A stretch of DNA of 62,664 nucleotides, the filler included, from Circinaria calcarea (lineage: Eukaryota): NCBI GenBank assembly GCA_051942165.1. It is 9 parts of 9 records of this genome, joined end to end, with 100 filler letters (N's around TTAATTAATTAA, not from the genome) between each part and the next. Parts side by side here need not be neighbours in the genome. Positions count along the whole stretch, not along the records: positions 6,996 to 13,874 come from JAVECS010001465.1; positions 13,975 to 20,852 come from JAVECS010001466.1; positions 20,953 to 27,827 come from JAVECS010001467.1; 6 more parts are not named here. One strand, 5' to 3'. A program made the position numbers and the translations under genes. This document shows, one piece after another, positions 12,405 through 25,644 of this stretch (the first letter of the stretch is position 1; the number at the start of each line of letters is the position of its first letter). The notes below the pieces were generated by a model. It ran no database searches. It saw nothing but the letters and a program-made list of their open reading frames with translations, and was not told the DNA's origin.

Positions 12405-13773
12405 ATGAAGAGTCGAACATCAGAAGATTTTCCGCCATTGCCATTAACTAAGGACCTTAGACTGCTGCTACATCACTTACATGCTAGTACTTTCCCCGAA
12501 GTAGCAGGACCCCTGTCATGTAAAAAGAGAGCATCGGTGGCCTTGATTATCCGCATTCGGCCCAACTTTCCAGATCATACGTTTCAAACCGTTGCCCGGC
12601 CAGGTCTGGAAGATCGACTCGGGGATCATGTCTTCTCTGAAGAGCTCAACTCCTTTTTCAACCTAGGCTGGGTCCAACATGGGGATCCGGAAGTTTTATT
12701 CATCAAACGAGCTATGAGAACAGGAGATAGATGGACAGGCCATGTTGCTTTCCCGGGCGGAAAGCGGGAAGCAGCTGATGTTGACGATCGGAGTACAAGT
12801 ATCAGGGAAACGTGGGAGGAGATAGGCCTTGACCTTGCAGCAAATCATTCCTTGTACATAGGAAATTTGCCACAAAGAATTGTCACAATGGGTTGGGGCA
12901 AAGTACCGTTGGTGCCACCAAGCTATTGGGTGATGAGGACCAGCTGACGTTCTCAGACTTATGGTTCTTTGCCCGTTCGTGTATTTGATTACTCGCTATG
13001 ACATTCCACCTTTGCAGTTACAACCGTCGGAAGTTGCTGCTGTCCACTGGATACCTTTGCGGGTAATGCTCTCCTCAGCATTGAGGACTTACGAATTCTG
13101 CAGTGTCTCCGATCGCCTAATCCGCCAAGGTGGCTGGGTGGTTAGAGGTTTGCTGGGACTCATGATGGGAAAGATGCTATACCCTGCCATACGTCTAGTT
13201 CCTGGGGAGAGCATATATTGCACATCTGCACCCGGCTTTTTACCCAATGAAAAATTAGGTTCCCACAACTGTACTTGCTATAGCAGTATTTCAGCCAAGT
13301 GCGGCCTGTCGAAACTCTCGAGTTATAACAAGTCGAATCCACCGCTGCTCTTGTGGGGATTGACTCACGGCATCACGACTGATTTCCTGGAATTACTCCC
13401 GTTATATCAAACGTTGGAGCTGCGGGCCTGGCCAACATTTTCTCACTGGGATATTCAATTCGTGCTTTGGCTTGTGACGTATCGCTTTAGGAGGGGGAAG
13501 TGTCATCGATTCGCATCTGATAAGCGGAGTTCTACAAGCATCGTCGAAGAAGGCTTTGCCACTTCGGGCGAAAAGGGTGAGCTTGGAACCAAGTGTGTGT
13601 CCAGCTCGCTACGTGGTCCACCCAGCAAGGGCAGTACTACTCAAGCACTTGATGGATATTACGATTTCGTTAAAAAGGCTATTTTTATTGTAATTATACT
13701 ACGTCTCGGGCTTGGTTTTACTATACTTCTTAAAGTTCTCAAAAAATTACGGCGACGAAAATATTTTCGATAA
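12405..13773 (+). CDS. Nudix hydrolase family protein (CoA-pyrophosphatase-like), one intron near 12909-12957
   Basis: Nudix box GHVAFPGGKREAADVDDRSTSIRETWEEIGL, plus KKRASVALII, LQPSEVAAVHWIPL and LLLWGLTHGI. Confidence 0.88.
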
Positions 13774-13874
13774 ATTATAAAAATTCTTTACGAATAATAC
13801 AATAATTCTACGAATAAAAATCGGGAATTTATATATTAATATATTTAATTAATTCGTATAATATATAAATTCCC

Positions 13875-13974
13875 NNNNNNNNNNNNNNNNNNNNNNNNNN
13901 NNNNNNNNNNNNNNNNNNTTAATTAATTAANNNNNNNNNNNNNNNNNNNNNNNNNNNNNNNNNNNNNNNNNNNN
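13875..13974. other. Artificial contig linker
   Basis: N run with TTAATTAATTAA. Confidence 0.98.
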
Positions 13975-14390
13975 AAGGCGGAAATCTCCTCCTCGTCATC
14001 AGCGTCAGACCCGTCCCAGCTCTCTTCGTCGTCTTCCTCCTCCATGACATCCGGGAGTGAATCGGCCCATTGAATGTGCTGGGGCTCTTTGGAGGCTTTG
14101 GCGGCGCCCTTGACGGTATGGTGGAACCAGCTCTCTTGCTCGCGCTCGGCTTCGGCGAGATCAAGCATTAGGGAGTCGAGGAGGTTGGCATGGCCGACAA
14201 GAAGTCGCAGGTTGTGATCAGCCCGGGCAGCCTCCTTTGAGAGCTTGCCCCGGGCTGTGTGGGCGAGATAGTATGTTTGAGTGAGGGACATCTTTTGCTT
14301 CTTCTGGGGTGGTTGGACCGTGGGACTTTCTAATGAAGATGCTGGTCTGACAGTAGAGGGCGAGGATGAATGGCGAAGTTGGGAAGGCAT
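13975..14390 (-). CDS. Ecm13-like protein (3' end cut by contig edge)
   Basis: MSLTQTYYLAHTARGKLSKEAARADHNLRLLVGHANLLDSLMLDL followed by an acidic tail, as in the yeast Ecm13/YJR115W family. Confidence 0.8.
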
Positions 14391-17300
14391 CGTTGTTTAT
14401 ACTGGACGATACCGACGGTGAGTCAAGTTGGTTGGTTCGGGCCCAATGGGGGTTAGGCGCAGTAGCCGAAAGCGGTGAAGGTGATCGATAGGCAATTGGG
14501 TCGACGTCCAAGGTGGATAGAGTGGATGAGCTGCAAGGCAAGTCCAGATCTTGAAGATGATTGAAGCTCGTGATTCTTGAATGATGGTGGTGGATAGAAG
14601 AAGGCCATGGGGTGGGCATCGTGGCATCTTATGTAGGCATCCTTCAGCCTTTGGGAGCTGCCCTGGAATTGCCCATGGTGAGTCGGAAGCGAGACGGAGT
14701 TTACAAATCGCATTTCGGTACAACACCAAGATCCATACGCCGCATAAGCTTAATTCGAAAAACAAAGCCCCTCCACCTTTGGTAGCAGCCGTCTACGGAT
14801 GCTCGGGGCTAAGAGATGACGAGGTCCCAATCCGCTAAGCACCCACCCCTGCAGACACACCTTTTTCGGGGGACCTTTCCCCGGCGGAGTTATGAGCAGA
14901 CCGCTCCTTCACTTATGTCCGTAATTATGAATCAGTTTGGCTTACGAAAGGGCATGGGCGGAGTCACCGTCTGCCTGCAGCCCATGACTCTGGCATACGT
15001 ACAGACGCGTGCTCGGTCATTTGCTTACAATTGCGGTCAATTATTCATCTCCCCGCTTGGGATTGTTAATGCGTCAAGTTCAATCAATCAACAGCTTCCC
15101 TCACCACGTGTTATCCCTTTCGCATGTCTGTAGATTGTGCCCTGAGGGGGGGGGAACGCCCATTGCCCTACGACGTCTTGAACAAATAATACGAAGTGTC
15201 CGTAACGAAATGTCCGTAGATAGAATACCAACATCCTTTCAGCCCCATACCGATTGGGAGCGACCACCCCCGCCATCATCTTCCTCCATCCTGACTGGGT
15301 TGAAACGTGCGGCCTTCCCATCCACGCAACTGCTCCAGAGTCCAACAGGGGCGGGATTGCTGTGACAGCCCTGTGCAGACACGATGCCCACCAAGTCCCA
15401 CGCAGACCCCTGCATGCCACGAGTCTCTCCCCCATCGCTTACGACCCTAAATCAAATGCTGGTGTTTTTTTTCCACAGCCGGGCATTTTCAATCACCCAT
15501 TCGCTTGGCAAGTTGCATTGCTCGCTCAAGGGTTGCAATCGAATTTCCCCATACTTTTTTTCGTACCTGCGCTTTCTCTGGTCGCACCAGTCGTCCCGGA
15601 TGACGATGGATGATGGGCAAGAGACGATCGTCCTGTTTCGAAAGGGCGTTTTGGCGAGACTGGTTTCTGGATTTGCAATTTGCTCGATAAGGAATATTAT
15701 TTGCATGTAATCGAGACACCCATTCGCTCACCACGATGATTACGGACCAATTCCACCCGAGACTGCCAAGGCTAAATGTCGGCGCCGGGCTGTCCTCCTA
15801 TCCATTTTACCCTTACCGTCAATTAATGCAAAAAGTCTTCCGGCCGGCACGGATTATTTGCACTTTTAACGAGCGCGCGGGGAGATTAATCGCCGAAGGT
15901 ATTTGGGGTACCTTAGGCAGCAGATTCTGGTCCATGGCTGAACAGCTCGGAGCCTCCTTAACTCCGGATGACCTTGGATCTTACCGTACAGTAGGCAGCA
16001 CTTTTTGTCTACTCGTACGGTCTGTTATCGCAACCAGAACAACGACTCAGTGGGCAACCTGCGGACCTCTCCGCCTCCTACAACCGACCGTGAATGACTC
16101 TGACTGTACAGAAGAACCATCACCGACCGCCACCGTACTTTTCGGATGCGGGTGAGCCATGCTGCTTCAACCCTTGTTCACCGTCTTTCTGTCACTCCTT
16201 CTAGCGTACTTCCAACGCCCTTCTAGGGCCTGGGAGTTTCCTGCAGTCATTACTCGGCCAATCGGCTGCTCCAGGAAACGAAGACGCGCCCACCCCGTCG
16301 CGAAAGAGCGAATGATTCATCATTGATAAAGGGTCCCAATGTCGGGTGGATTGCTTAGAATTCCTCATCCCATCTGTCGGGACGCAAATTCCCAAAGGAG
16401 CAAATCTGACAAATGGTGCCAAGAGGACTCGCAGCTCTGACTGGACAGCGACGGTCACAAACCTGCAGAGATGACTATTTGACAGCCAATTGAACACGGA
16501 GTCATGTACGACCAGGGGCTCATCTGAGTAAGGTCCTTGCCATGCCTGTGATTCACAGGGCGGTCACTGTCAGCACCGACCGCTCTCGGGGAACACGACT
16601 AGTACTCTGGAGTAAGCTGCATCGCGTGGCAGATGGAATAGATTAGATACACTACAGTTCCGACTGAACCCAGCATCTCCATAGGCTCACCGATGTTCAA
16701 CCACTCGCAGAGCCTTGTTTTTGGCTCCCATGTGTCACAACTCACATGGTCTCCTGACCTGCCTTGGCTCTGGAACAGTAGGGAGGTATTCGAATGTGGG
16801 CATGTCCCAATCAGCCGATCCAATCAAGCATCGACTCGAGATCAGCCTCTACATGTACGGAGTAATCCATGGGAAATGAGCAAGGCCATGACTTCGCTTG
16901 TGCAAATAGACACTCGCCGTGGTTCGCTAAGCATCTATACAAGTATGGAGTTTGCCTCCAGCAACATTCCATCTAATCTCGCCCTCTACACTGTCTGAAT
17001 ACGCTGTAAAGCACTTAGCCAGTGAGCGGTAGATCAATTTCACTTTTGGTGTATGGAAGTGGCTTGCTGTCGTTGGGTATCTCCGCATAAATTTGCTTGC
17101 TTAGGTATTTTTCAAACGTCTTTCCGTGCGTTCTTCTATGCATTAGTGAACCGGTTTCACCCGCCATTCTAGCAATGGTATCACAGCTTTCAGTTGCATG
17201 TATCATCGTGGCTGTTCAGGTGTAACAAGATCGCTCGTGAGCTATGGCTCCGCATCCCCTTTTCGCAGTCTAGCTATTTTCACGTTAATGTCCATCATTC

Positions 17301-19025
17301 GTCGGTTATGCGAACTCAGCCTCCTAGTTTCGAGACGTGTACCTTCACTCACTGCCCACAGCTAAAATTTATTGGACCATAATCACCCGTCCGAGATTTC
17401 CACACGAGTACGCTTATGTTTCCTCTCATAGCTGTTTTTAAACTTCAGGGGCGTGGGGGCTTGGACATGATCCGGTGAAGGAATGCTGGGTTTGAGTGTA
17501 GCACTCTGTTTCCCCTGAGGATCATGTTTACCTAGAGCTGCTAGGATTACCAAGCTGAAGGGATTCCCCCCGCATACGACGTTGTAGCCATGGCTCTTCT
17601 AAATCTGAAGGTCATATACAGGCTTTAGTTGTGGGAATTGGCCAAAATCGACTTGGTAGAGCCAGCTGGTACGCCTTAGGCAATGATAGCGGATCAACCT
17701 GCGACATCCTCATGGGGGTAGTAGCAACACATTTTTAGAGGATGAAGCGTGATAGCTCAGACGGTCACATTAGGCGAGAAACCATGTGGACCACCGGGAT
17801 AGCCTGCAGGAACAGGGCTGACGATCGCCAGGAACAGTTTGTCTGAAGAGGGCTGTCGGAAGGGCATTCTCATCCATCCATCGGGTGAGTGAATGAAAAA
17901 GCCGGTCGGGCCAGGGAATTCGTCTCCTGTGGTCATGCAGCCCAAGGCATCGTACAGGACGGGCCGCAACGTGTGGTCCTTGTCCGGCGTATGGTTGCAT
18001 AGAGAGAGAGCCATGTAACGATGGGCCAACATCTGCTGTAAGAGCAGCCTGGGCAGCTAGAGACGATGAATCTGGGGTAGGGTAGGGTACCTTGCTGTAC
18101 CTGCATTCTCACACGAGTATGACGCAGGCTGAGGAGCTGTCACATCCTTCTTCGGTCAATCCCTGGCGAGTGTAACCCATCAGCCTGCTCGTCACGTTTG
18201 ACTGTTTTAGAAATCACGGTGCTCGTAAATCTGGGGTCCGGTTTTGGAGTCTGCGGGCTTGCATAGGGAGAGCGTAGAAGGAAGAGGAAAGCTGGAATCA
18301 CGACATGCATACGGAGTAGAAGATGGCTAAGCGCCTTGCCCGGATGGTTATGCAAAGATCTCGGCCAATCATATCGCGCTCGATCGTCAAAGAGCATTAC
18401 TTTTGGCTTTTGGTGGTTCATCGGCATTGTTCCACGACAGGGATCTCGCCGACAATCTGCGAGGGGGAGATGCAACGGCCAGTCAGATGCTCCTCTCGGC
18501 CCAACTTCGTGGCTTTCCAGCCTCCTCTTCATGCAATGCACAGGCTATTCTTTGCCGTTCCTGACCTCCCCGGATTTGTTGCACGCAAGCCTATCCACCA
18601 TGATTGTCCTTGACCAAAGCCCGTCTTTCCTCTTCATCTGATGCTGCCTTGCCGCAATCATTCCTTATCACTATGATTATTTGTATAGCCATATGATAGA
18701 CATTCTGACCTCGTATTCCAAATTCGACGTTACCTCCATCCCCTGGCCAGCCGCTGGCTTTGCAACCCCAGGCAATCCTACCCAACATCGCACAGTTTCA
18801 ACCCCGTCTTCTCGACCGACCAACTTTCGACCCTATTAAAGATAAGGCGGACCACTAAAGGCTTTCAAGTATATCCTGGGATACACCAAGTCTAGCCATA
18901 TTCCAGTCCTCTATCCGTATTGCTGCTTGATCCGAGCCTCCACAGCAGACAGACCGCCCGGCGCGAACAGAAAAAGACAAACGGAAGCAGCTGGCTTGCA
19001 TCACCGATTCATTGACGCCGCGGCA

Positions 19026-20852
19026 ATGTCCCTAAAGCAGGTTGGTCGTGCCCGATTCCCGACTCCAAAAGGATCACTACTGAACTTCACTGCCAAAATA
19101 GGAGATCGAGACGTGGGTCGTTGCTTTGGGTCATTACGATAGCAACGAGTTCGAGGCCGCATTGAAGACGTTCGATAATATATCCGATACCTCGAAAATA
19201 CTCTTCAATTGCGGCATTATCCACGCGACATTAGGAGAGCACGACAAAGCGGTAAGCGCCAGGAAAGAGCAGGCAGGCATAAGATGCGGGGTGCTAACCA
19301 TTCTCCAGGTTGAGTGCTATCAGCGGGCGGTACGACTGGATCAGTACCTTGCGGTAGCCTACTTCCAACAAGGAGTGTCGAACTTCCTGGTGGGAGACTT
19401 CGAGGAAGCGTTGGCCAATTTCAACGACACACTACTGTACTTGAGAGGGAACACGTATATTGATTATGAACAATTGGGTTTGAAATTCAAACTGTTTTCC
19501 TGCGAGGTTCTCTTCAATCGAGGATTATGCTACATCTACCTTCAGCAAACCCAAGCCGGTTTGGGAGATTTATCGTACGCAGCGAAGGAGAAGGTGACGC
19601 CAGATCACGATGTCATTGAAGAGGCCATCGGGGAAGAAGCACAGGTCGGTTTTTGAAGAAAATCTCATGCTTCGTCTAGCTAACGAATTCAGGGCTACAC
19701 CGTTTTCTCCATACCTGTCGGTGTCGTATACAGACCTAACAGTGCTAAAGTCAAGAATCTCAAGACCAAAGACTACCTTGGGAAAGCTCGCCTGATAGCA
19801 GCAGCTGACCGGGGAAACAACTTCACTAGCTTCGCTGGCTCGGAGCAGAAGAAGGAAGTTCGACTTGATCGCGACGAACGACCTGCGGAGCAGATATCAT
19901 TCGGCGCGTCCAATCTTGTTAGAACCGACCTACAGAGCAAGGATAGCAGATCAAGATTACAATCCGCACCGCCAAATAACCGCAATGTGTTCCCTCCTAC
20001 TCCACCACCTGATAGTGAACTCAATAGGCCCCATTTGCAGACTGCCCAGACCTTTGCCTTCGCATCCGTTCCCCGATCACTAGGAACAACTCGTGCCAAC
20101 TCCATTCGAAACAGCCCCCCTGTCCAACAAGTAGCGGAAGATCCAGTCTCGCCCAAATCCGTTCAAGAAAAGCCTCGTCTAGGCACAAGCCGTACAGCTA
20201 GCGAACCACGGGGACCTTCGTCGAAGCAATCCAACCCTAAAAGCCAACAAGATCACCGAGATGCACGTGAACTGCACTCGAGACGTGAGCGCCTCTTTAG
20301 AGAAACTACACCGTCCATTCGCGACAACGAGGGTCAGAATGACGCCGATGTTGACGAATATCCGGATGAATTATATGATTTATACAGCAATACGGCCCGT
20401 GGTAACCCCTATTCTGGAGGGCAGAAGAGGGGAAGCTCACGGACAAGGCGTCGGTCCAGAAGCCGTCAGCGCAACGACTTCATCGACGAAGACGAAGAGG
20501 TAACAAGTCCTTCGGTGCATTCTTCCCTGGAAGATTTCGAGATCCTCAACAATGCTGGTGGTAGCTTATCCCGCCCGGTTCGCGACGAAAGTCGTGTTCG
20601 AGGTTCTTCCCGCGTCCGCCGCCAGAACGATGTTCGCACCATCAGAGTGAAGGTGCATGGTGGTGACGATACCCGGTACTTGATGGTCAGTACCACGATC
20701 ATGTATGAGGAATTCCTTGATCGCGTGCGGGAGAAGTTGGCGCTGCCGACAAAGTTCAAGGTCAAGATAAAGGACGAGGGGGATATGATCACGATGGGAG
20801 ACCGGGACGATTGGGAGTTGGCGGTGCAGACGGCGAGGAGGGATGCGAGGAA
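19026..20852 (+). CDS. noxR: NADPH oxidase regulator NoxR (p67phox homologue), 3' truncated
   Basis: MSLKQ|EIETWV start. TPR region SKILFNCGIIHATLGEH, LDQYLAVAYFQQGVSNF, LRGNTYIDYEQLGLKFKL. Activation-domain region GYTVFSIPVGVVYRP. C-terminal PB1 domain IRVKVH...KIKDEGDMITMGDRDDWE. Confidence 0.95.
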
Positions 20853-20952
20853 NNNNNNNNNNNNNNNNNNNNNNNNNNNNNNNNNNNNNNNNNNNNTTAA
20901 TTAATTAANNNNNNNNNNNNNNNNNNNNNNNNNNNNNNNNNNNNNNNNNNNN
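20853..20952. other. Artificial contig linker
   Basis: N run with TTAATTAATTAA. Confidence 0.98.
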
Positions 20953-22826
20953 CTCCGCCCATATCCCAAAAGCCTCCTCTCCCCAGGCTCGGAAACTAAC
21001 TTCCTCTACAATGGTTGGAGTGACGATTTCCTTGCCCGGAAACGCGCCCCAGGTTACCGCATTGACTGCCTCCCTGCTCTCACTACTCTCAAATTCTGTA
21101 CAGGAAGAGTTTGTAGCGTACCAACTGACCTGAGGCGCTATTGCTGGGTCTTGGAGTCTAGAACGAAGGACATTATGCCAGTCCGGAGTAGGGATGAAGA
21201 ATTCCACAAAGGCTTTCTGGAAAACGAAACCTCCTTTCGGACCCCAGCCAAAGATAGGATCGGAGCTAGGAAGACCGTCAACGGCAGGTTGTGAAGCGAC
21301 ACTCCACCAGCCCCTTTCTTCAATCAGCCTGCATAGCTCGTTCCTGATAACCGCCGTTTCTTCGTTCAGACCACCTTCGCTCCAAGGTAATTGATCCAGC
21401 TCACCCAAGACATGGCGCTTGAAGAGAGAACTAATACCTTGGCGGGTGGCTGGCAAACCCCATTTCGACCGCGCGGCGGCAGGTGAAAGATGTAAGGACA
21501 GACCGTATCCGTCTATCTCGCCAAAGGCAGGAGACCGGGCGTCACCAAATCGACCATTGGGGTAATCATCCCAAGTTGCTTCGCGGCCGAGAGACCCTAC
21601 ACCGTGGCTTATGGCAAGTGTCGTCGCGCGTGATGGAGGCCCGAGAGGAGAGGTAGCTGTAGTGGATGAAGAACAATCTGAATCATTATTCACATGATTG
21701 TGTGGTGAGGAAGGGCGGCGAATGGGGATGCCATTTGTAAGCTTTAAGGGGGCACTTGTCGGGTGCACCCCGTTGATCGTGGGAGGACGCTTGTCCTCAA
21801 AAGCGGAGGTATGACCGTTGGTACCGGGTGTAGTTGGCGGAATAAGCTGACACCTTTCGAGGACAAACCCAACCGCTTTTTCTAGGTTTAACGTATAGAA
21901 ATGAAAACCTCTGGGTTTGCTGTTCTTCACATGTTTAATGCCTTCGACTATGTCGCTGATGATATCCACCCCTACACTCTTGACCTCTTCATCGTCACCT
22001 TTGACACCTTCTAATTTTGCTAGTATGTCCTGAGGTAACCTTGCATGACTGAGCATCGAGGTTCGTTTGAGGATCTGATAGTTCTGAATTGGCATCAAGC
22101 CAGGAATAATTGGTACATGTTTCAGTATGCCCCCATCCCATTCAGCTACGGTCCTTTCGTATCGTAAATATGCGTCCTTGTCATAAAATAATTGCGTCAT
22201 AATGAAGTCTGCACCAGCTGCAATCTTCTCTGCTAAGAACGGCATGTCTTTTATCGGATCCTGATCCACCGGATGCGATTCGTCTGAATGCCCCTCGGGA
22301 TAGCCGGCCACACCAATACAAAAGCAATCCCCATGCTCCTTTCTTATGTACCTCACCAGATCCACCGCCCAGACGAAATCCCCGTCTTCCTCTTGTGCCT
22401 CCCCTTCGATCCTGTACTCCTCCCCCCTTGGCGGGTCACCCCTCAACGCAAGTATATTTCTGATCCCTAATGCCTTTGCTTCCTCCAGCGCATCGTCCAC
22501 TATCCTTTTACTCATGTTCGTACATGTTAAATGCAGGCATGTCGTTAGACCTAATTGCCGTTGGCAGATCTCGGCGAGTTCGAGGGATTTGGAGGAGGTG
22601 GTGCCTCCGGCGCCCCAGGTCACGGTGACGAAGAGGGGACGCAGAGCGAGGGACATTCGAGAGAGACGGGCCTGAAGGTTTGATAGACCCTAAATTGGTC
22701 AGTAAAGTAGCAAATGGTTGTTGGGGATGGGGTACAAACCATCTGAGTTTTGGGCGGGAAAAACTCGAGGGAAAAATAATTGGCATCCGGGGGGAGGGCG
22801 GCGATCTTCTCTGTGATTTTCTCCAT
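20953..22826 (-). CDS. MET12: Methylenetetrahydrofolate reductase, Met12-type (3' truncated)
   Basis: FSLEFFPPKT, LFVTVTWGAGG, HLTCTN, NILALRGDPP, IGVAGYPEGH, TQLFYD and FHFYTLNLE. Regulatory domain WDDYPNGRFGDARSPAFG and GWGPKGGFVFQKAFVEFF. The N-terminus resembles Met12 more than Met13. Confidence 0.9.
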
Positions 22827-23270
22827 GGCACAAATGATGGAGATGAGGTCGCCGAGTCGATAGATTGTGATGTATAAGGTATGCATATACTCCGTACAGT
22901 CAGTTTAAGAAAGACTACTATCGACTTTGTCGAATACACCAAATTAATTTTCGCTTGGCTGAAGATCAACATCGATACCAGTATGACATACATTGTTGGG
23001 GCTTACGTAAGCCGACCAGTATTTTAGCGAACTTTCTTGCTCTTACCTAGTTACACGAACATGCAGAAATTCCATGATCCTTGAACGTAGTGCATTGCAG
23101 GAATACAACATTACCGCAAGCGCCCGGTATTAGCTTATCTTTAGGGTCTACTCCGTACTTAGTCACGCTTGCGTGCTTAGTTAAGTGGTCATCCTCGTCT
23201 AGTGAATAGAGAATCGTCTCCACACCACTTACTCCGTACATCGTCTTTGTGGATAATTTTGTTAGGTAAG

Positions 23271-23547
23271 TATATATATATTATATATTCCCCGAGATGG
23301 GGGTGAGCCTGATCCGTTTTCAGTATGGAAAGGGAACAAGGCTGCTTTAAAACGGAGCACGAGGGAGCATAGGGGGAGCGGAAAGGGAGCAGAGAGAGTA
23401 CAAGCAGCTGAATACAGCTCAATAAGGGGAGCAGCCTGTTACGGCTCCTCAGCTCGGTTGTAGTTACCTAGTGGCCTCTTAAAAAGGTCAGCCAATAACT
23501 GCTGCCTAAACTCAGCCACTTCCTTTAAAGCCTAAGGATGTCACCCG
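23271..23547 (+). repeat. Dispersed repeat, copy 1 (copy 2 is inverted at 62350-62664)
   Basis: Colinear match by eye to the reverse complement of 62350-62664, for example TGTTACGGCTCCTCAGCTCGGTT and TGCTGCCTAAACTCAGCCACTTC. Confidence 0.9.
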
Positions 23548-24451
23548 TAGAATATGATATTTTATACTAGGTTAACGATGATAAGAAGGGGATGAGCACG
23601 TTACGCAGATGTAATAACGTTGAGTATATGCTACGGTACTATATTACCTCTCAGTTTATAAGGATCCTCTACGAATATTATGATGATCTTACGAATAAGG
23701 GTCGGTAAATTGTGTGATGATGAGCTCAATTGGTTCGCATAACGTGTGAATTATTGCTAAAGAATTCTGGTGTAACGCTTCGCGAAGAAACCTTTTCTCG
23801 CTAAGCCAACACCTCGTGACCTCGGTGTATAGTTCACCCGTAGGGTTTGTAGGGGTTCTCGGGTAGCCCTTACATATAATTGAGACGATAAAAAGGGAGA
23901 TGAGCGTAGCGAGAAAAATAATACGGTAGAAAGAGTCGCGGCGGGAACAACGAGTGGTCGGCGAGAATCGCAGGAATTGGTGACGCACTTGATATCTCCT
24001 GGCCCAGGCATGGGGGATAGGGTCGTTCCGCGCGTTTTTGTAAAGAGTAAGGATAAATAAGAAGCCAGAGCATCAAGTCTGCGCAAAATGGGATTCATCT
24101 CAGTCCATCCGGGAGCTTAATGGCACTCGGGAGCCAATTGGAGCCTTCGGCGTATTCGCTTATTTTCGCGCTATTCCGTATCCGCACATTCATCCTCAAA
24201 GGCCGAAAGAGCCACATGAACTGGTCCCCCTGGTCGCCTTGCAGAGTATTAAGATTAGGAATCATTCGTGGTTGCCTCTCGGCCTTCGGACATTCGCTCT
24301 TACAATTTATCGACCTATGGTAGGGGAGTTTTTTGCTGCGGACCTCTATATAACTTCACTGGTCTGCCCCATTTTGGTACACCATATATCGCTAGCAGTC
24401 AAAGATTTGTCCACTATAAAGAACTACCATCGACGGCTGCCATCCCTTGCC

Positions 24452-25479
24452 ATGGCAACCACCACTTCTGCCTCACCGTACTCTCCCACTGGGGCTGGCT
24501 TTCAGAACCCGAATTTCCCCAATCGAAACGGTCCAAATGATGCAAGGGTCATCATCTATGGGTAAGTCTCAGGCTAGCAATTGTCAAGTCGTTGCTGTTG
24601 AGCGGATGGCTGATTCTGGGCTTCGAGTGCAGCTACACGCCTTCGTTTGTTCTTTGCATCCTGGCCATCGTGCTCTTCGCTATAAGCAGCGCTGTGCATG
24701 TTCTGCAGCTGTTGCGCTACAAAGCCTGGTTCTTCACACCTCTTACGCTAGCCTGCCTCTTGGAGGCGGTGGGCTACATATTCCGCTCGCTCTCGTCGAA
24801 GGATAATCCGTACAGCATCATCTGGTTCGTGGTCCAGTACTTTCTCATCGTCGTTGCTCCCGTCTTCATCTCGGCTAGCATATATGTTTGCCTCAACAAA
24901 CTCATCACCTGGGCCAAATCGTATGGCTTTGAGGCCGATCGTTGGTGGCTTGCACCGAAAGTAATTCTGTGGGGCTTCGTCACCGTCGACATTCTGACCA
25001 CGATCATACAAATTGCCGGCGCAGCTCTGGTCGGCTCATCCCAGTCTGACCAGAAAGATCCAACAACAGGAAATAATATCCTGCTCGCAGGCCTTGCTAT
25101 CCAATCTTTCTCCTTCACCGCTTTTCTGACGGTGTTGACGCTGTTCCGCCTCGCCCTTGTCAAAGATCGCAGTTTACCGTCCACAATTCGGACAAAGGAT
25201 TTGTTTATTTTGGCATTAACTCTTGCTAGTATTTTGGTCTATCTTCGAACACTTTTCCGCTTGGCCGAGACCGCCCAAGGGCTATTTGCCTCCATCTCGA
25301 CTAATGAGGTTTTCTTTGGAACACTCGAGTTCGCGCCAGTAGTGATTGCAGTTTGGATTATGGCCATATGGCATCCAGGTCGATGGTTACCGAATGTCAC
25401 GAATACAGGCTTAATAGGTTCACCCACAGCAGTGATCGAGACAAGCTCTGACAAGGAGACTCCTACGTCTAACGTGTGA
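24452..25479 (+). CDS. RTA1-like (lipid-translocating exporter) multi-pass membrane protein
   Basis: IYG|YTPSF across intron 24562-24632, then LEAVGYIFR, VAPVFISASIY, FVTVDILTTIIQIAG, ILLAGLAIQ, LRTLFRLAE and WHPG. Confidence 0.92.
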
Positions 25480-25644
25480 TCCGAAAGTCGATGATGTAGC
25501 TTTGAGGCTGTTAGCCGACAAAGTGTCCCGGATATATATTTAGATTCTCAATTAGCATAGTTAATGGATTCTGCAAGTTTGATTTTCACTATTCAACTCG
25601 TAATAATCGAGATTCTGTAAATACCATTTCGTGGCTTCACCCGA

